From contig OZ024747.1 in NCBI GenBank assembly GCA_964016885.1, forward strand, positions 49,600,001 to 49,664,000: a stretch of DNA of 64,000 nt. Direction: 5' to 3'. The position numbers and the translations under genes are program-made. Below the pieces are notes generated by a model. It was not told the origin of the DNA. It saw only the letters and a list, made by a program, of their open reading frames with translations, and ran no database searches. The stretch comes from Eledone cirrhosa. Lineage: Eukaryota. Shown here one piece after another: positions 13,084 through 26,646 of the stretch. The first letter of the stretch is position 1; each line of letters begins with the position of its first letter.

Positions 13084-15424
13084 GTGAGGTGTTCAGGATT
13101 GCTAGACAATGTGTCAAGGAAAACCGTGATATTGTCGGGGAGAAGTGTGTACTTAATGATGATGGCATACTCGCCATCACTGACGCTGATAAGAAGGTAG
13201 CTTGGAAGTGTCACTACGAAAGGCTTCTAAATGAGAACAAATGGGAGAAAGACAGTCTCCCCCACATCGACCCAATAGAGGGACCAGCAGTGTTAATCGA
13301 AGGTAGTATAATAAGTAAGGCAATCAAAGATATGAAGACGGGTAAGGCAGCTGGGCCTTCGGAAATAGTTGCTGAGATGCTGAAAGCCTCTGGAACGGTG
13401 GGACACACCATGGTCACCCGGATAGTAAACCAAGTCATACAGAATGGGTTTGTTCCGAAGGACTGGCATAGCAGCATCATCATTAACTGTTACAAGGGTA
13501 AAGGAGATGCCCTAGATAGGTGTAACTATAGAGGCATTAAATTAATCGACCAGGTCATGAAGGTCACGGAAAAAGTAATAGCGCAACTAATCAGAGAGAG
13601 AATTGATCTAGATGAAATGCAGTTCGGGTTTGTGTCAGGCAAAAGTACCACAGACGCTCTTTTCATTGTACAACAACTACAGGAGGAGTACCTAGCTAAA
13701 AGTAAACCCCTATACTTAGCTTTTGTTGACTTGGAGAAAGCATTCGACAGAGTCCCCCGTTCCATTATCTGGTGGGCTCTTAGAAAACTAGGTGTTGACG
13801 AATGGCTTGTGAGAGCTAATACAAGCCATGTATAAAGAAACAGTCAGCAAGGTTAGAATTAACAACGAATATAGTGAAGAGTTTAGCGTAAAAGTTGGTG
13901 TCCATCAGGGCTCTGTTCTTAGCCCCCTACTATTTATTATTGCCCTTCAGGCTATAACAGAGGAGTTCAAGACCGGCTGCCCATGGGAACTCCTATACGC
14001 AGATGATCTAACGCTCATAGCTGAACTAGAGAAGAAATTCCAAACATGGAAGCACGGCCTAGAATCAAAAGGCCTTAAAATTAACCTGGCTAAGACTAAA
14101 GTTCTAGTTTGTAGGAAAGAAAATAAGGCGGCGGTCCCTTCCGGGAAATGGCCATGCTCAGTGTGTAGGAAAGGCGTAGGTAGAAACTCCATTTTATGTC
14201 CCCAATGCAAAGTATGGGTGTATAAAAGATGTAGTGGGATCACAGGTAAGCTAACTAAGAACATAGATTTTACATGTGGCCGGTGCTCTGGTGCAATAAG
14301 TAGCAGCAAGTGCCCACAAAATACTAGCTCTTTCAATTGCGCAGAGGGTTCTATAGAAATAGTGGACAGCTTCCGTTACCTGGGTGACAAAATCAACAGT
14401 GGCGGAGGGTGCTCTGAAAGTACAGTAGCTAGAGTCAGAACTGGATGGAAAAAGTTCAGAGAGCTTATACCACTATTAGCCACTAGAGGGTTCTCCCTAA
14501 AAATAAAAGGCAGGTTATACGATGCCTGCATACGAACAGCAATGCTGCATGGCAGTGAGACCTGGGCATTGTGTGCAGAGGATATACGCAGACTAGAGAG
14601 GAACGAAGCTTGCATGCTCCGCTGGATGTGCAATAGTAATATACGTGAACGGCAATGCATAAACGAACTAAGGAAAAAATTAGAAATAAGAGGGATCAGA
14701 TGTTGTTTACTCGAGAGAAGGCTACGTTGGTACGGTCACGTGATGCGCATGAAAGACGACAGCTGTATAACAAAGTGCAGGGCAATAAAGATAGACGGTA
14801 GCCACGGATTAGGCAGACCCAGAAAAACCTGGGACGACATGATAAATTCCGACCTCACACGCTTACACCCCTCCAAGACAATGTCACTGGACCGAGACCT
14901 TTGGCGGTACTCAGTAATAGAGAAGACCCGCCTTACCTAAATACAAAGTAAAAACCTACTACAGTCAGTAGGCATCTCTATCAAAACAAACCCCCGTCCC
15001 ACCACCTCCACCCCATCCACACCGCCCCTTTCAATGTAAAGTTATGTTGGTGCCACAACATCCAGGCCGAAACAAATGAGATCGTGTAGGTGTCACGACA
15101 AAAAAACACACAGTCCACGCTGTAATGTGGCCGTATAGGCAACACGGTAAAAACCTCCCAGCCCCACACTGTAAATGTGGTTGGTGTTAGGAAGGGCATC
15201 CAGCTGTAGAAAACCCGCCAGACAGTCCACGCTGTAATGTGGCCGTATAGGCAACACGGTAAAAACCTCCCAGCCCCACACTGTAAATGTGGTTGGTGTT
15301 AGGAAGGGCATCCAGCTGTAGAAAACCCGCCAGACAGTCCTATGCGAGCAAGACAACCACTCTTGCCTCAAGTGGGAAAACCCCCGTCCAAACCCATGCA
15401 AGCGTGGAACACGGACGCTAAACC

Positions 15425-15453
<29 letters not shown>
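13084..15453 (+). mobile_element. RTE-clade LINE family A, 5'-truncated; RT plus PHD-like finger, one frameshift near 13817
   Basis: ORFs 13089-13835 and 13828-14940 carry [38 protein letters not shown] and LRWYGHV..GRPRKTW. 3'UTR ends in (GAT)n and contains a 112-bp tandem duplication (15110-15340). Confidence 0.95.
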
Positions 15454-15455
<2 letters not shown>

Positions 15456-16464
15456 ATGTGTGTGTATGTATGTATATATAAATATATGAGAGAGAGAGAG
15501 AGAGAGTAAAGATTAAGTTTATTTTCTTTGTTCTTGAAAAAGTTAATTATAATTTTCTTTTTATTGAATATTGAATTACAAATATTTTATAATGTTATTA
15601 TTACCCCCAAGTAAATATTAGAGAATTAACTGGAGAAGGATATAGTGGAATAAATAAGAGGCAGTAAAATATGTGGAGAGATAAGTACTACAAAACTTGA
15701 ACTTGATGTAATTTGAAACTTATTTCCCAGTCAACATATTGGAATGTTCTTTTGACAAGTAGAATAATTATTTTCTCAGTTTATATTTCCCTCCCCCGCA
15801 AGCTAATCTGATCAAGTCAATAATATAAAGACAAGACAAAACACTGCTATCTTAAATTAGACAATCAAGCAACAAAGAGGTAAATAAATATATTGCAGCG
15901 TACAAGGGAGACAATTGTGATGTGCATAGATGATTGATGGGTGAAGCTACACCAAGAGATCCAAATGGAAGGAAGCTGCAGTAGAATAAGAGTAACGTAA
16001 ACCTGGGCAGAGGTGGTTATATCACAAAACAGTAAACATTACAGAGGGGCTAGGCAGGATAGGCAGGATATGCTAGGCAGGACCTGCTCAACTTTTGCAA
16101 GCTTGAGAAAGTAAACTTAAAAATTATATATATATATATATTGTTATATTTAGGGAGCGTCATGTTATAATATTGCCAGAAATATATAATAAAACACACT
16201 CATTGTTTGGTTTGGATTGGTTTTCACTTCCGTATTTTATCATTGATTCACCAACAGTTAAAAATATATATATATATAGTCTATCAAAGTTCTTTCATCA
16301 CACACCTGTGACATCATCAGTGGTACTATTATGTTTCCTCCTGCTGTATTGTAATGTCTATTCTATTTTTTATTTATTTATTCTTGTCTGTTTGCGCATG
16401 CGTTTGTGTGTGTGTTCGTGTCTGAGTCTGTGTGTGTTTATATGTGGTTGTTATTGTATCACAT

Positions 16465-16760
16465 TGTTATAGCTGCACTTACATATTTGCATAGCAACTT
16501 TGACAAATATATATATATAAGAAATAGAAGCTTTCACTGTATCTGTATATTTTGAGTACAGAAATGTTAGTCTGATAGTGGGGTTTAGAACCCTCTAAGA
16601 AATGTACGTCAATACTCATCTTTTTCCATTACTTAGCGGTTCTAAACCCCACTATCAGGCTAAAATTTCTTTAGTCAGAAAATATGGCAAAAGCTTCTAT
16701 ATCTTATATATATATATATTTGTCAAAGTTGCTATGCAAATACATAAGTGCAGTTATAAC
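16465..16760. repeat. Imperfect inverted repeat (foldback), arms of about 135 bp
   Basis: ...TTTGCATAGCAACTTTGACAAATATATA...CTGATAGTGGGGTTTAGAACC is mirrored by GGTTCTAAACCCCACTATCAG...TATATATTTGTCAAAGTTGCTATGCAAA. Confidence 0.85.
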
Positions 16761-17258
16761 CATGTGATTAAGGAGTTTGCTCTGCAACCATGTTATTTCA
16801 AGTTCAGTCCTACTGCGTAGCAACTTGGACAAATATCTTTCTACTACTATAAGAATCATTTGACCACTGCCTTGAGAGTGAAATTTGGTAGATAGATACT
16901 GTGCAACAGCTTGTAATATATTTGGTTGTGTGTAATCTAGCAGTTTGACAATAAGAGATCAATAAAATAAGTACCAGGCATATGTACTACAGTTTATATG
17001 GTTGATTAAATCCCTTCAAGGCAGTGACCAAACATGGTCACAGCCTAAGAATAAAAGGAAATACTACAGAGTACAATATTTAACAACACACCATCAATGA
17101 GATAACCCAAATAAAAAGTATTAACATATTATTACATTGTGATTTAAATAAACTAAATGTTTGCTCTAATCCAGTGTTCAAAAACAAATGTTTACAATAT
17201 AATTTAGGGCAAAATAATTAAATAACTATTATAAGAACCACTCATCTATTATAATTAA

Positions 17259-17468
17259 CCCTTTAGCATTCATATTACTCTATATATACTATTATATTTT
17301 CATGGTAAAGGCTTTACCTCGCATAATTATCTCACATAATATCGAATCTATGAGATTTTGAAAGTATTTATTTTGAGAACAATACCTTAACATCAGTATG
17401 AGTAGCCAGTTACAGCCAGTTTCAACAGAAAGAGGTAGAGAATTCTGGCCGGTTTGAACATTAAAGGG
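17259..17468. mobile_element. piggyBac-derived MITE
   Basis: TTAA-flanked, with CCCTTTA...TAAAGGG termini. Its right end TGGCCGGTTTGAACA(T/C)TAAAGGG is shared with 36880-37947. Confidence 0.85.
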
Positions 17469-17597
17469 TTAAAGCTGTTCTATATTTTGTGTAAAACATT
17501 AGTCATGCTGGAAAGGAGAGGGAGGGAGAGAGAGAAAGAGAGAGAGGTGGTAGTAGCTGCAACACAAATTGTTTGTGTGTGTGTGTGTATATATATA

Positions 17598-18150
17598 ATC
17601 ATCATCATTACTGTTTTACGTCCATTTTTCCATACTAGATGAGTTGAGTTGTCCTGTTGTGGTCATGTTTTGCTCATACAAGTGACCATGTTTTGCTCAT
17701 ACAGAACTGATTTTGGCCTGGTTTCTACAGCTGGATGCCCTTCTTAACACCAACCTCATTTACAGTGAGTATTGGGTGCTTTTTGTTGTGACACCTACAC
17801 GACCACTTTATGCTTCAGCTTCGGCTTGTACCCATGAGAAGTCGAGTCTTCTGTATTAGTGCGTAACGCCAGAGATCATGGTCCTGTGTCATCACCTTTG
17901 AGAAGTGCAACTGGGCAAAGTCAGCTTTTATCACCTCATCCCAGGTCTTCTTGGGTCTCCCCACTCCAAAGCTCCCATGGACTTTGAGCGCTCTGCATCT
18001 TTTTATGCAGCTGTCATCCTTCATACACATCACATATCCATATCAACGTAATCTCCTCTCCTGCACACAGCATTTGATTCCTCTTATGCCTAGTCTCTCT
18101 CTCAATTTGTCGTTCACGTATATTACTATTACACAACCATCAGAGCATGC
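17598..18150 (-). mobile_element. Degenerate RTE family A-like 3' fragment
   Basis: Translation MKDDSCIKRCRALKVHGSFGVGRPKKTWDEVI..DLWRY..KTRL, plus 3'UTR and (CAT)n tail. Confidence 0.85.
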
Positions 18151-18499
18151 ACGCTTTATAGCCTTTAAAATGTCATATTGATCTTTAAGACTTAGTGGTT
18201 GTTTCTAATTCTCATAATTATGTTGGTGTCTGGAACATAAAGATTCTTACATTAAAATATGATGGAAGGTTTTAATGTAAATATGAACACTTGAAAACAC
18301 AGTTATGTATCATAGAACTAGATCTGGTTCAGGTGGATTAGTATCAAAAGGAGCAAACTTTAAAAAAATTGAAGTATCAAAATCTAATCAGACATTCATA
18401 TAAGAAGGAACTTATATAACACATAACTTTCTCACACAGTATATTTAGATTTCTATTATCTGAATAAGATATGTGTGGGAGTATTTTGTTCACCATAAC

Positions 18500-18640
18500 C
18501 GATCTGGTTACAAACAAAAGAATTCGTTTACAAACATTTTTATCTTGTGCAATAACTGATACGTTTTCAGCATAATCCAGGTATTGAATAATCTTACTTT
18601 TCTTCCTGTACCAATGGTGTTTTCTGTTTACAGACATGGT
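18500..18640 (-). pseudogene. Possible pogo/Tigger transposase N-terminal HTH remnant
   Basis: KKSKIIQYLDYAENVSVIAQDKNVCKR resembles the CENP-B/psq HTH pattern KxxIIxxLExGExxxxIAxxxxV. No catalytic domain seen. Confidence 0.3.
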
Positions 18641-19109
18641 AACAGTAACAAATACTCAGAAGGAATTCATAGAACGAAATCATAACACCATTGATTTTAC
18701 CATACTTTTAAATTCTTCAGCATGCCAGTCAATTATTTAAAAACTATTGTTTAAAGTGACCCAGTACATGGTAGTTTTGATAACTGTAAACAAAAGACAC
18801 GATTACCACATTAATGTCAGTAACACATCCTTGATGTAATATTTTTTTTACATTTTCTTCGATCATTTAGATTCTTTTTTAATCATTATGATTGGCCATG
18901 GATTATGCATCCATGACTGACTGGCCATGGGTTTACCGCTCCAAGGCACAATCCTGGCAGTGTTTTGTGGAAGATCAACAATTGCCTGTGCATTCAGGCC
19001 ACCCCTATCCATGACACCAATGATGTCCAATGGAAATGTATAGGCCAAAACAACTAGGCACCAATGTCATTGCAACTCATTTTTTCCAACTGAAAAAAAA
19101 AAAGGGAAG

Positions 19110-19550
19110 GTGGGTTTTCTGTATAACAGCATAGCGCCAAAGATCTCGATCCAGTTACATTGTCTTAGAGAGATGTAGGTCAGCAAGGTCAGGCTTTATC
19201 ACCTTGTCCCAGGTTTTTCTCGATCTACCCACTCCGTAGCTTCCAACAATTTTGATCGCTCTGCACTTTTTTTATAGAGCTGTTGTCCTTCATACGCATC
19301 ACATGTCCATACCAACACAATCTCCTCTCCTGCACACATTTGATACCTCTTATGCTTAGTCTCTCTCTCTCAATTCGATTATGCTTTGCCGTTCATGTAC
19401 ATTACTATTACACATCCATTGGAGCATGCAAGCTTCGTTTCCTTCTAATCTACGCAAGTCTTCTGCACACAACATCCAGGTCTCACTACCATGTAACATT
19501 GCTGTTCGTATACAAGCACTATACAATCTGCCTTTCATTTTTAGTCTAAC
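19110..19550 (-). mobile_element. RTE family A fragment
   Basis: LKMKGRLYSACIRTAMLHGSETWMLCAEDLRRLE, matching the C-terminal part of ORF 51096-52973. Confidence 0.85.
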
Positions 19551-20809
19551 ATTAAACAAATATTGCATATTAACCTCTTCTTTTAATATTCTTTGGCTGT
19601 TTGACAAACTGAAGACAAACAATGAAAGCTAATTTAATATTGATTTCTTCTTACTCCAGCACAAGATCAGACAAATTTAGATGGAGAAGAGAATGGGATT
19701 CTGTGATATTTGTACATTTTTCAACATCCCTAGCAGCAGCAGTGAATCATCAAGTGGGGAAATAAGATGAGTTGTTCAGTCTTGGATCATTACAAACATC
19801 TCTTGCTTTACAGATGAACCCTTTTGATACTAAACTGCATTTTGTTCTATTATACAAAACTGTTTTCAAATAAACCCACCCATTTTAAAGGGATTCTATT
19901 TAAATTAAAACCTCCCAACATAATTTTACTTTTGTTACGTTATGAAATAATTAATAACTTCATTAAATCCATCTAAATTCTTCAATAACTAATTCAAATA
20001 TAGTGTATTTCATTAGAAATACACTAATGAAAGGGTTAAAGTGTTTAAATTTAAACCTTCCAAAAAAATTTATATAAGAAAATTCTTTCAAATACCAGCT
20101 TTAAAACAAAAAAGTTTGAATCACTCAAGATGTGATTATTTTCAGAATTAATTAAAAATTGTAGGCAGTGTATTTCATTAGAAGTATGGTAATGAAAGGA
20201 TTAACACAAATTTAATATTAAATTAACATATATAATGTTGAAAGAAGGCTTTACTCAACATAAATATTTTTTTCTTTACTGTTTAATCTGAGGAAATGAG
20301 TAGCATTTATAACCCTTTTCAGAGCCTCTGACTGATAGGAGAGAGGAAGTTATTCACAAACCAGAAACCTGATCCAAATGCTTGCAACAAAATGGACTCT
20401 GTTAAAAGTCCCTAAGGACCATGTGATGGTGTTAAACTGAATAATGAATTAAGTTTAGAACCCAAAGAGATGATATTTTATTAGCTAGAGATAATGGAAA
20501 TATTTTTTTGTTGATTAAACTATTTTTCAAACAACTAATTTTCACACCAAGATTTTTTTCAGATTAAACTCTGTAGAAGAAACTAATTTTCACACCAAGA
20601 TTTTTTTCAGATTAAACTCTGTAGAAGAAACTCTTTTGTGTAGTGACAGTAAATGGTAATAGAAATGGTATCCAGCTGTAAACAGCATGTCAAAACCAGA
20701 AGATAAGTAAGCAAGATGTAGGCCCCAGCCTGCAATGAGAGGACAGTAACTCTAAGTACAGACTTGTTCCATGATGACATGTCCAAACTATACCAGCATG
20801 TTAAATAAT

Positions 20810-20990
20810 AATTGTTTCTACTTTAGGCACAAGGCCAGCAATTACCCAGTGCATTACTGGTACTTTATTTTATCGACCCCGTAAGGATGAAAGGCAAAGT
20901 CAACCTCGGCGGGATTTGAACTCAGATCGTAAAGGGACCTAACTATGCTGGAAAGCATGGCGTCTGACCCTCTACCGATACTGCCAATGA
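20810..20990 (-). mobile_element. tRNA-derived SINE (GCCTTTCATCCTTACGGGGTCGATAAAATAAAGTACCAG family)
   Basis: B box GAGTTCAAATCC on the minus strand. Other copies at 26346-26435 (+), 31572-31672, 33688-33866, 35072-35255 and 36150-36270. Confidence 0.8.
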
Positions 20991-22902
20991 TGATGTAATA
21001 CTGAATTGGAAAGGGCATTTTTTATCAAGTAACTGCAATATAATTTACACAGCTTTATAGAAAAACAGCAAAGCTATCTTTTTAAAACTGTTTCATATTT
21101 TTTGTTCTGCTCAAGTTAACACAGTTCTGCTTTTAATTTAATATTCACTGATGTGTATTAAACAGAAACCTGTGTATAGTGGTTGACATTAAAATGTCAA
21201 GTAAAAGAAATATATAGAACATATCAGATGTACATCACCTACGAAAAAAATTGAAATACTTAGCTTCAGCTGTTTTATGTATGTCTTCCTACTAATCTTA
21301 AAATATAAAGATATTCAATATATATGATCAAAACTAATGTTCTAAACAGCTAGAACATAAAATGAAAACATCTTTGATGCTGTTAACCATCAGAGATAAA
21401 TATCTTTATACACAATCTCCTTAACTGAAGTAGTGTCACTCACTCATTCTGATACCAGTCATTACTGTCGCCATCTACATTAAAGAAAACAGGTAGTATG
21501 AGACCACCATAACCAAGTCACCTACCTACATGTGTCCCTAGTTTCTACCAGACTGCTCTATTAGAGCAGTAGTAGGTGTGGATGGCTCCCTTTAACCCAC
21601 ATTTTATTAATTCAAGTGTACTGCAACATTTATTGGCTCTACTGTACATGACCTACTTATTGTTACTAACAACACAGTCTCTCCTAAAAAAATGATGACA
21701 CCCTACACAACAGGTATCATTCAAGACAGGCGATTGTTTCCATGAAGGAAAAAGGAAAAAAGCCAATCGTCAGATTAGACCAAGAAAACGTTTCCATTGG
21801 TCTTTCCAATGCTGATACTATCTGCTGATCATTCCTGGCAGGAGACGGAACTCAAACTCAGAATACACAGAGCAAAATCAGATGCTGCAAAATATTGTCA
21901 AATAACACATACCATACATCCATAATTTCATGCTCATCTCCCTTTCCTCCTGTCGCTCAGCAGAGAAGAGAGGGCTCTTCAGTTGGGACAATAACTTACA
22001 ACCTTTCTAGTGTTGGTGCCATTAAAATGCACAAAGTATGCATTGTAAGGTGGTTGGTGACAGGAAGAGCTCCCCACTGTAGAAACCATGCTAAAGAGTT
22101 GAAAGGATCATTCGGTTGCATCAATGGTGCGAAAACCTCTGTAATGATCTACATGTTAAATGCACCAAGTACATGCTGTAAAGTTGTTGGTGACAGGAAA
22201 GGCAACCAGCCATAGAAAGCTAAAGAAAAAGGTTTGGGGGAATGATTCAGTTATGTCAAAACATGACAACCTCTCTAATGCTTATGCTATAGTTAAACGC
22301 ACCTCAGAAGAGTGTGGGAAAGAATGTAAGCTCCCAGCCTGTCTTAGGATGTCAGTAGACCCACTTCAGTACTGACTCGGTCTGTGAAGACCTGTCCAAC
22401 TCCTGCCAGAAAGCAAAGCAGACATTAAATGATGATATTACCAAAAAAAATCCCATCCAGTCCATACCAGCATGGAAAGGTCAACATAAAAACAATGATA
22501 ATGATATCATCTTAATCATCTGTCTCTTCTTCCTGCTGACATGGGTTCCAAAACATTAATGATGAATCACTAAGTATAAATAAATGAAGTCTATGTATCA
22601 TCATTAGCATCATTGTCATTTTGCATCTACTTTCCATGGTCACATGGGTTGGACAGATCCTCTCAGTTTGAGATTAAGTCAAAGGTAGGGGAAGTACCAT
22701 ATCTTGCTCATATTTTACTTTTTTGGTAGGTTATCTAACACCAACCGCTTTACAAAATATAGCAGGTCCATTTTATTGTGACACCAGCACTCCTATTTTA
22801 CAGAGTATACTGGGTATACTTTATTGAGGCACCAGTACTACTAATTTTGGGTATATTTTATTGACACCAGCACTACTACTTTACAGAGTGTACTGTCAGC
22901 AA

Positions 22903-23935
22903 CATCATCATCACCGTTCAACGTCCAGTTTTCCATGCTAGCATGGGTTATATGGGTTTTCCTGTTTGAGAGAAGTTGGGTCAGTTGACTGTCTTGCTTA
23001 CACAGAACTGTGTCTATGGTTGGATGCCCTTCCTAGCGCCAACCACATTTACAGTGTGTGCTGGGTGATTTTTGTTGTGACACACGACCACTCTATGTGG
23101 ACTGGATGCTTTTTGTTGCGATACCTACACGTCCACTTTACAGTGCAAACTGGGTGCTTTTTGTCGTGACACCTACACGTCCACTTTACAGTGTGGGTTT
23201 AGCATATTTTGTCGTGTCGTCATCACGACCACTTTACAGTGTGGGCTTAACATTTTTTGTTGTGTCGCGATCATGACCACTTTACAGTGTGGGCTGGAGG
23301 CTTCACTGGATGTATACTACAGCCTGTCCTCATGAGAGATGTATGGTAGTGTGGGGTGGGATGGAGGTGGTGCATATTATATATATGTATGCTTCAGCTT
23401 GTGCTCATGGGAAGGCAAGTCTTCTATATTACTGCATAATGCCAGAGATCCTGGTTCTGTGTAATCACCTTTGCGAGGTGCAATTGAGCAAGGTCACTTT
23501 TATTACCTTATCCCAAATCTTCCATCGACTGAGTGCTCTGCACCTTTTTATATAGCTGTCATCCTTCATACACATCACATGTCCATACCAATGCAGTCTC
23601 CTCTCCTGCACACTGCATCTGATTCCTCTTATGCCAATTTTCTCTCTCAGTTTGTTTATGCTTTGCCATTCACATAAATTACTATTACACATCCATCGGA
23701 ACATGCAAGCTTCATTTTTTCCAATCTATGCAAAGTTTTCTGCACACAACGCCCAGGACTCACTACCATGCAACATTGCTGTTTGTATGTATGCATCATA
23801 GAGCTTGCCTTTCATTTTTGAGGGAAAAGCTTTTTGTAGCTGGCAATGGTAGTAGCTCTCTGAACTTCTTCCATCCTGTTCTCACTTTGACTACTGTACT
23901 TTCAGAACACCCACCTTTGCAGCTAGTTTGAACAC
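22903..23935 (-). mobile_element. Degenerate RTE family A-like 3' fragment with tandemly amplified CCACTTTACAGTGTG units in the UTR
   Basis: RWMCNSN..GIRGIRCSVQERRLHWYGHVM and GGCSESTVVKVRTGWKKFRELLP. Confidence 0.85.
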
Positions 23936-25120
23936 CCAGCTGTGTATTTCATTGTGACATCAGCACATCTATTTTACAAAATGTAGTGTACATTTTGCAG
24001 CACCTGTACCACTACTTTACAGAGTGTATATTTTGTGGCACCAGCTCTATTACATTACAGAGTGTACTGGGTGCATTTTATCGTGACCTAATTAATAACA
24101 AGTAAATGTTAATTTAAAAAAAAAATAAAAGGATAAAATTAACAATAGATGAACGATAGAAGGAGTGGTGGAAATATTTCAAAACTAATACAATAGACAT
24201 GAATGATTCAAAATGAGTACATATATTTCATTTGCTTTTTACCAATAACAATGAAGGTAGCAGATTGCAGTTTATGAAAAGTGTGTATTGGATATATATA
24301 TATAATGTAGAATGAGTTGCAAACAAATTGCAAGTATATATTATAAGACAATGCTAGCTAGCTCCTTCATGCTATCAAGAAGACTACATACTGAATTTGT
24401 TGACTATATACTACTGAGTGTATATAACCAGTCATATTTCTTTCTTTCTCTCTAAATCAATTATTGAATTGCATAATATCTTGATTACATTTACAGAAGA
24501 CAGTAAATAATAATACTACTAAAAAAAAACACTTTCAAAATACATATACGGTATAAAAGACTAATATAATGTGTTTGTTTTTTCAAGTGGAATATCCAAC
24601 ATCTATTGGAGTAAAGCAACGGCTATAAATAGAAAAGATGTGAAGTAAGTTATAATTCATTTTATATTGATTTTTCTGAGAGGTTCAACAACACAGATTT
24701 ATAATAACATAGAGGAGGGGGAAATGGGATCATGTGATGTTTTGGCCTTCATGTTCATTTCAACAGTATTTACAAATTACTACAAATAAAATTTTTTCAA
24801 GAACTAGTAATGGCCCAGAGATTAGGATGCTGGACTCATAATGTTGAGGGGTTCAATTCCTGTACTGGGAGGTGTGTTCTTCATCAAGATGGTTCATTTT
24901 ACATTGATGATAGGACTAAAGTTCCTATCATCCTTGTATGAGACCAGCTAACCTACATATATATGAGCTGAAACAAAAACAACCAGGTAGTGGTGGTGAT
25001 GGTAATGATGATGATGGATATCTTTAACAAATAGTAATTGTTTTTAAGGGATGAAGAATTGAAGAAAAAGTATATTTTTTAAATTGAATAATAACCTGAC
25101 TGACAGATCATCATCATCAG

Positions 25121-25190
<70 letters not shown>

Positions 25191-25194
<4 letters not shown>

Positions 25195-26525
25195 GACTTT
25201 TATATTCAACCGCCCCTAATATTGAACAACATATAAAAAAGCTTAACGCAAAACGGTTGTATAAACGCCTTCCAACACTTAACAATACACGTAAAACATC
25301 GGCTATAACATCACAAAACAACAAACAACATCCCGTCCTGCCTAAGCAACCTCATCAACCCATCCATGGTAATACAACGCATAATTATAACTGTAACTGT
25401 GTCCAACCAGGAATGAGTCCGTTGAACAATCAGTGTCTTGAACGCAACATCATATACAAATGTACTATCGAATCGGGTAGCCAGAAGTGGTACTATGTGG
25501 GGTCTACAGCTACCTCCTTCAAAGACATTGTTACTCGATAAAACATGAAAACCAGCGTTATGTAACAACACTCGCAGACAAGGCTTGGCAGCTGCGCGAA
25601 AATAACCAACAATTTAACCTAAAATGGGATATAATAGCAGCTGCCCCTCCATATTTCCAAGGACAGGAATTTTGTAAATTGTGTAATATGGAAATATTTT
25701 GTATTATGAAATCCAAAAATATTTTATTAAATAACAGAATAGAGCGATCGTTATACTGTAACCATCGCTTGAAATCTACATTTTCATATTACAAACGCTA
25801 CCAGGATTGAACACCTGTCTCCATCTCCGTTTGATTGTCAAAATACATATTAACATTCTCTATTACTCTTAATTCTATCAACTCTTCTATTCTTTACCAT
25901 TTAATATAAACTGCTATAGATAAAATGAGATTTCTTAATTCAATTCCCTAATGCATATACCAGCAGGCTACCAGCATTGTTGTTATACAGTAGCAGTGAA
26001 AATCTCTCTTCCTTACTTGACACTTTATATCTGTATTAATACTACTACACCAAACGACCAGCCCTGTCCATTGTTCAACTGGTCAAATATAGATTAAAAT
26101 AGGCACTCTCAAAAATTCTTATTTAGATAAAATAAGCCATATACTCATTTTATTCTCATTAAAAACCTTCTATATACTTGTTTACCAGCAAATTGAATTG
26201 TCATCTGTCATATACTATCCCTTCTCTTCTTCCTTTCTTACAACTAATATAAATACTTTGATTTTTTTTGATTTTTTCCAATTTATCCAATATTTCTGAA
26301 GAAGTGACAACTGATTATACATTTGCTATCGAATACTTGCTATAACTTTGCCTTTCATCCTTATGGGGTCGATAAAATAAAGTACCAGTAATGTACTGGG
26401 TAATTGCTGGCCTTGTGCCAAAGGTAGAAACAATTATATGATTACGCAAGCAGCGATACATAGGTATTCCGTCTGTTACAGAAACATATGTCAATACCTA
26501 ATAAATTCCTTTATAAAAGCACTCT

Positions 26526-26530
<5 letters not shown>
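25191..26530 (+). mobile_element. Penelope-like element 3' portion: GIY-YIG endonuclease (frameshift near 25520) plus 3' region with hammerhead
   Basis: CNC..SPLNNQCLERNIIYKCTI..YYVGSTATSFK followed by RH..SIKHENQRYVTTLA..W.L..KW.II..CKLCNMEIFCI..LLNNR.E..CNH. Flanked by (TA)n on both sides. Confidence 0.88.
26291..26496 (+). ncRNA. Type I hammerhead ribozyme motif interrupted by a SINE in the stem II loop
   Basis: CTGAAGA at 26296; stem II GTGACA/TGTTAC; GAAA at 26481; palindromic stem III ACATATGT; GUC triplet; stem I TATT/AATA. Confidence 0.6.
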
Positions 26531-26557
<27 letters not shown>

Positions 26558-26646
26558 GTAGAAGTTCTATTTAAATTGTTGGGATACAACAAGCAAATAT
26601 TTTTATAACTGATATAAAGCACTCAACAAATTATTGGAGTAAAAAT

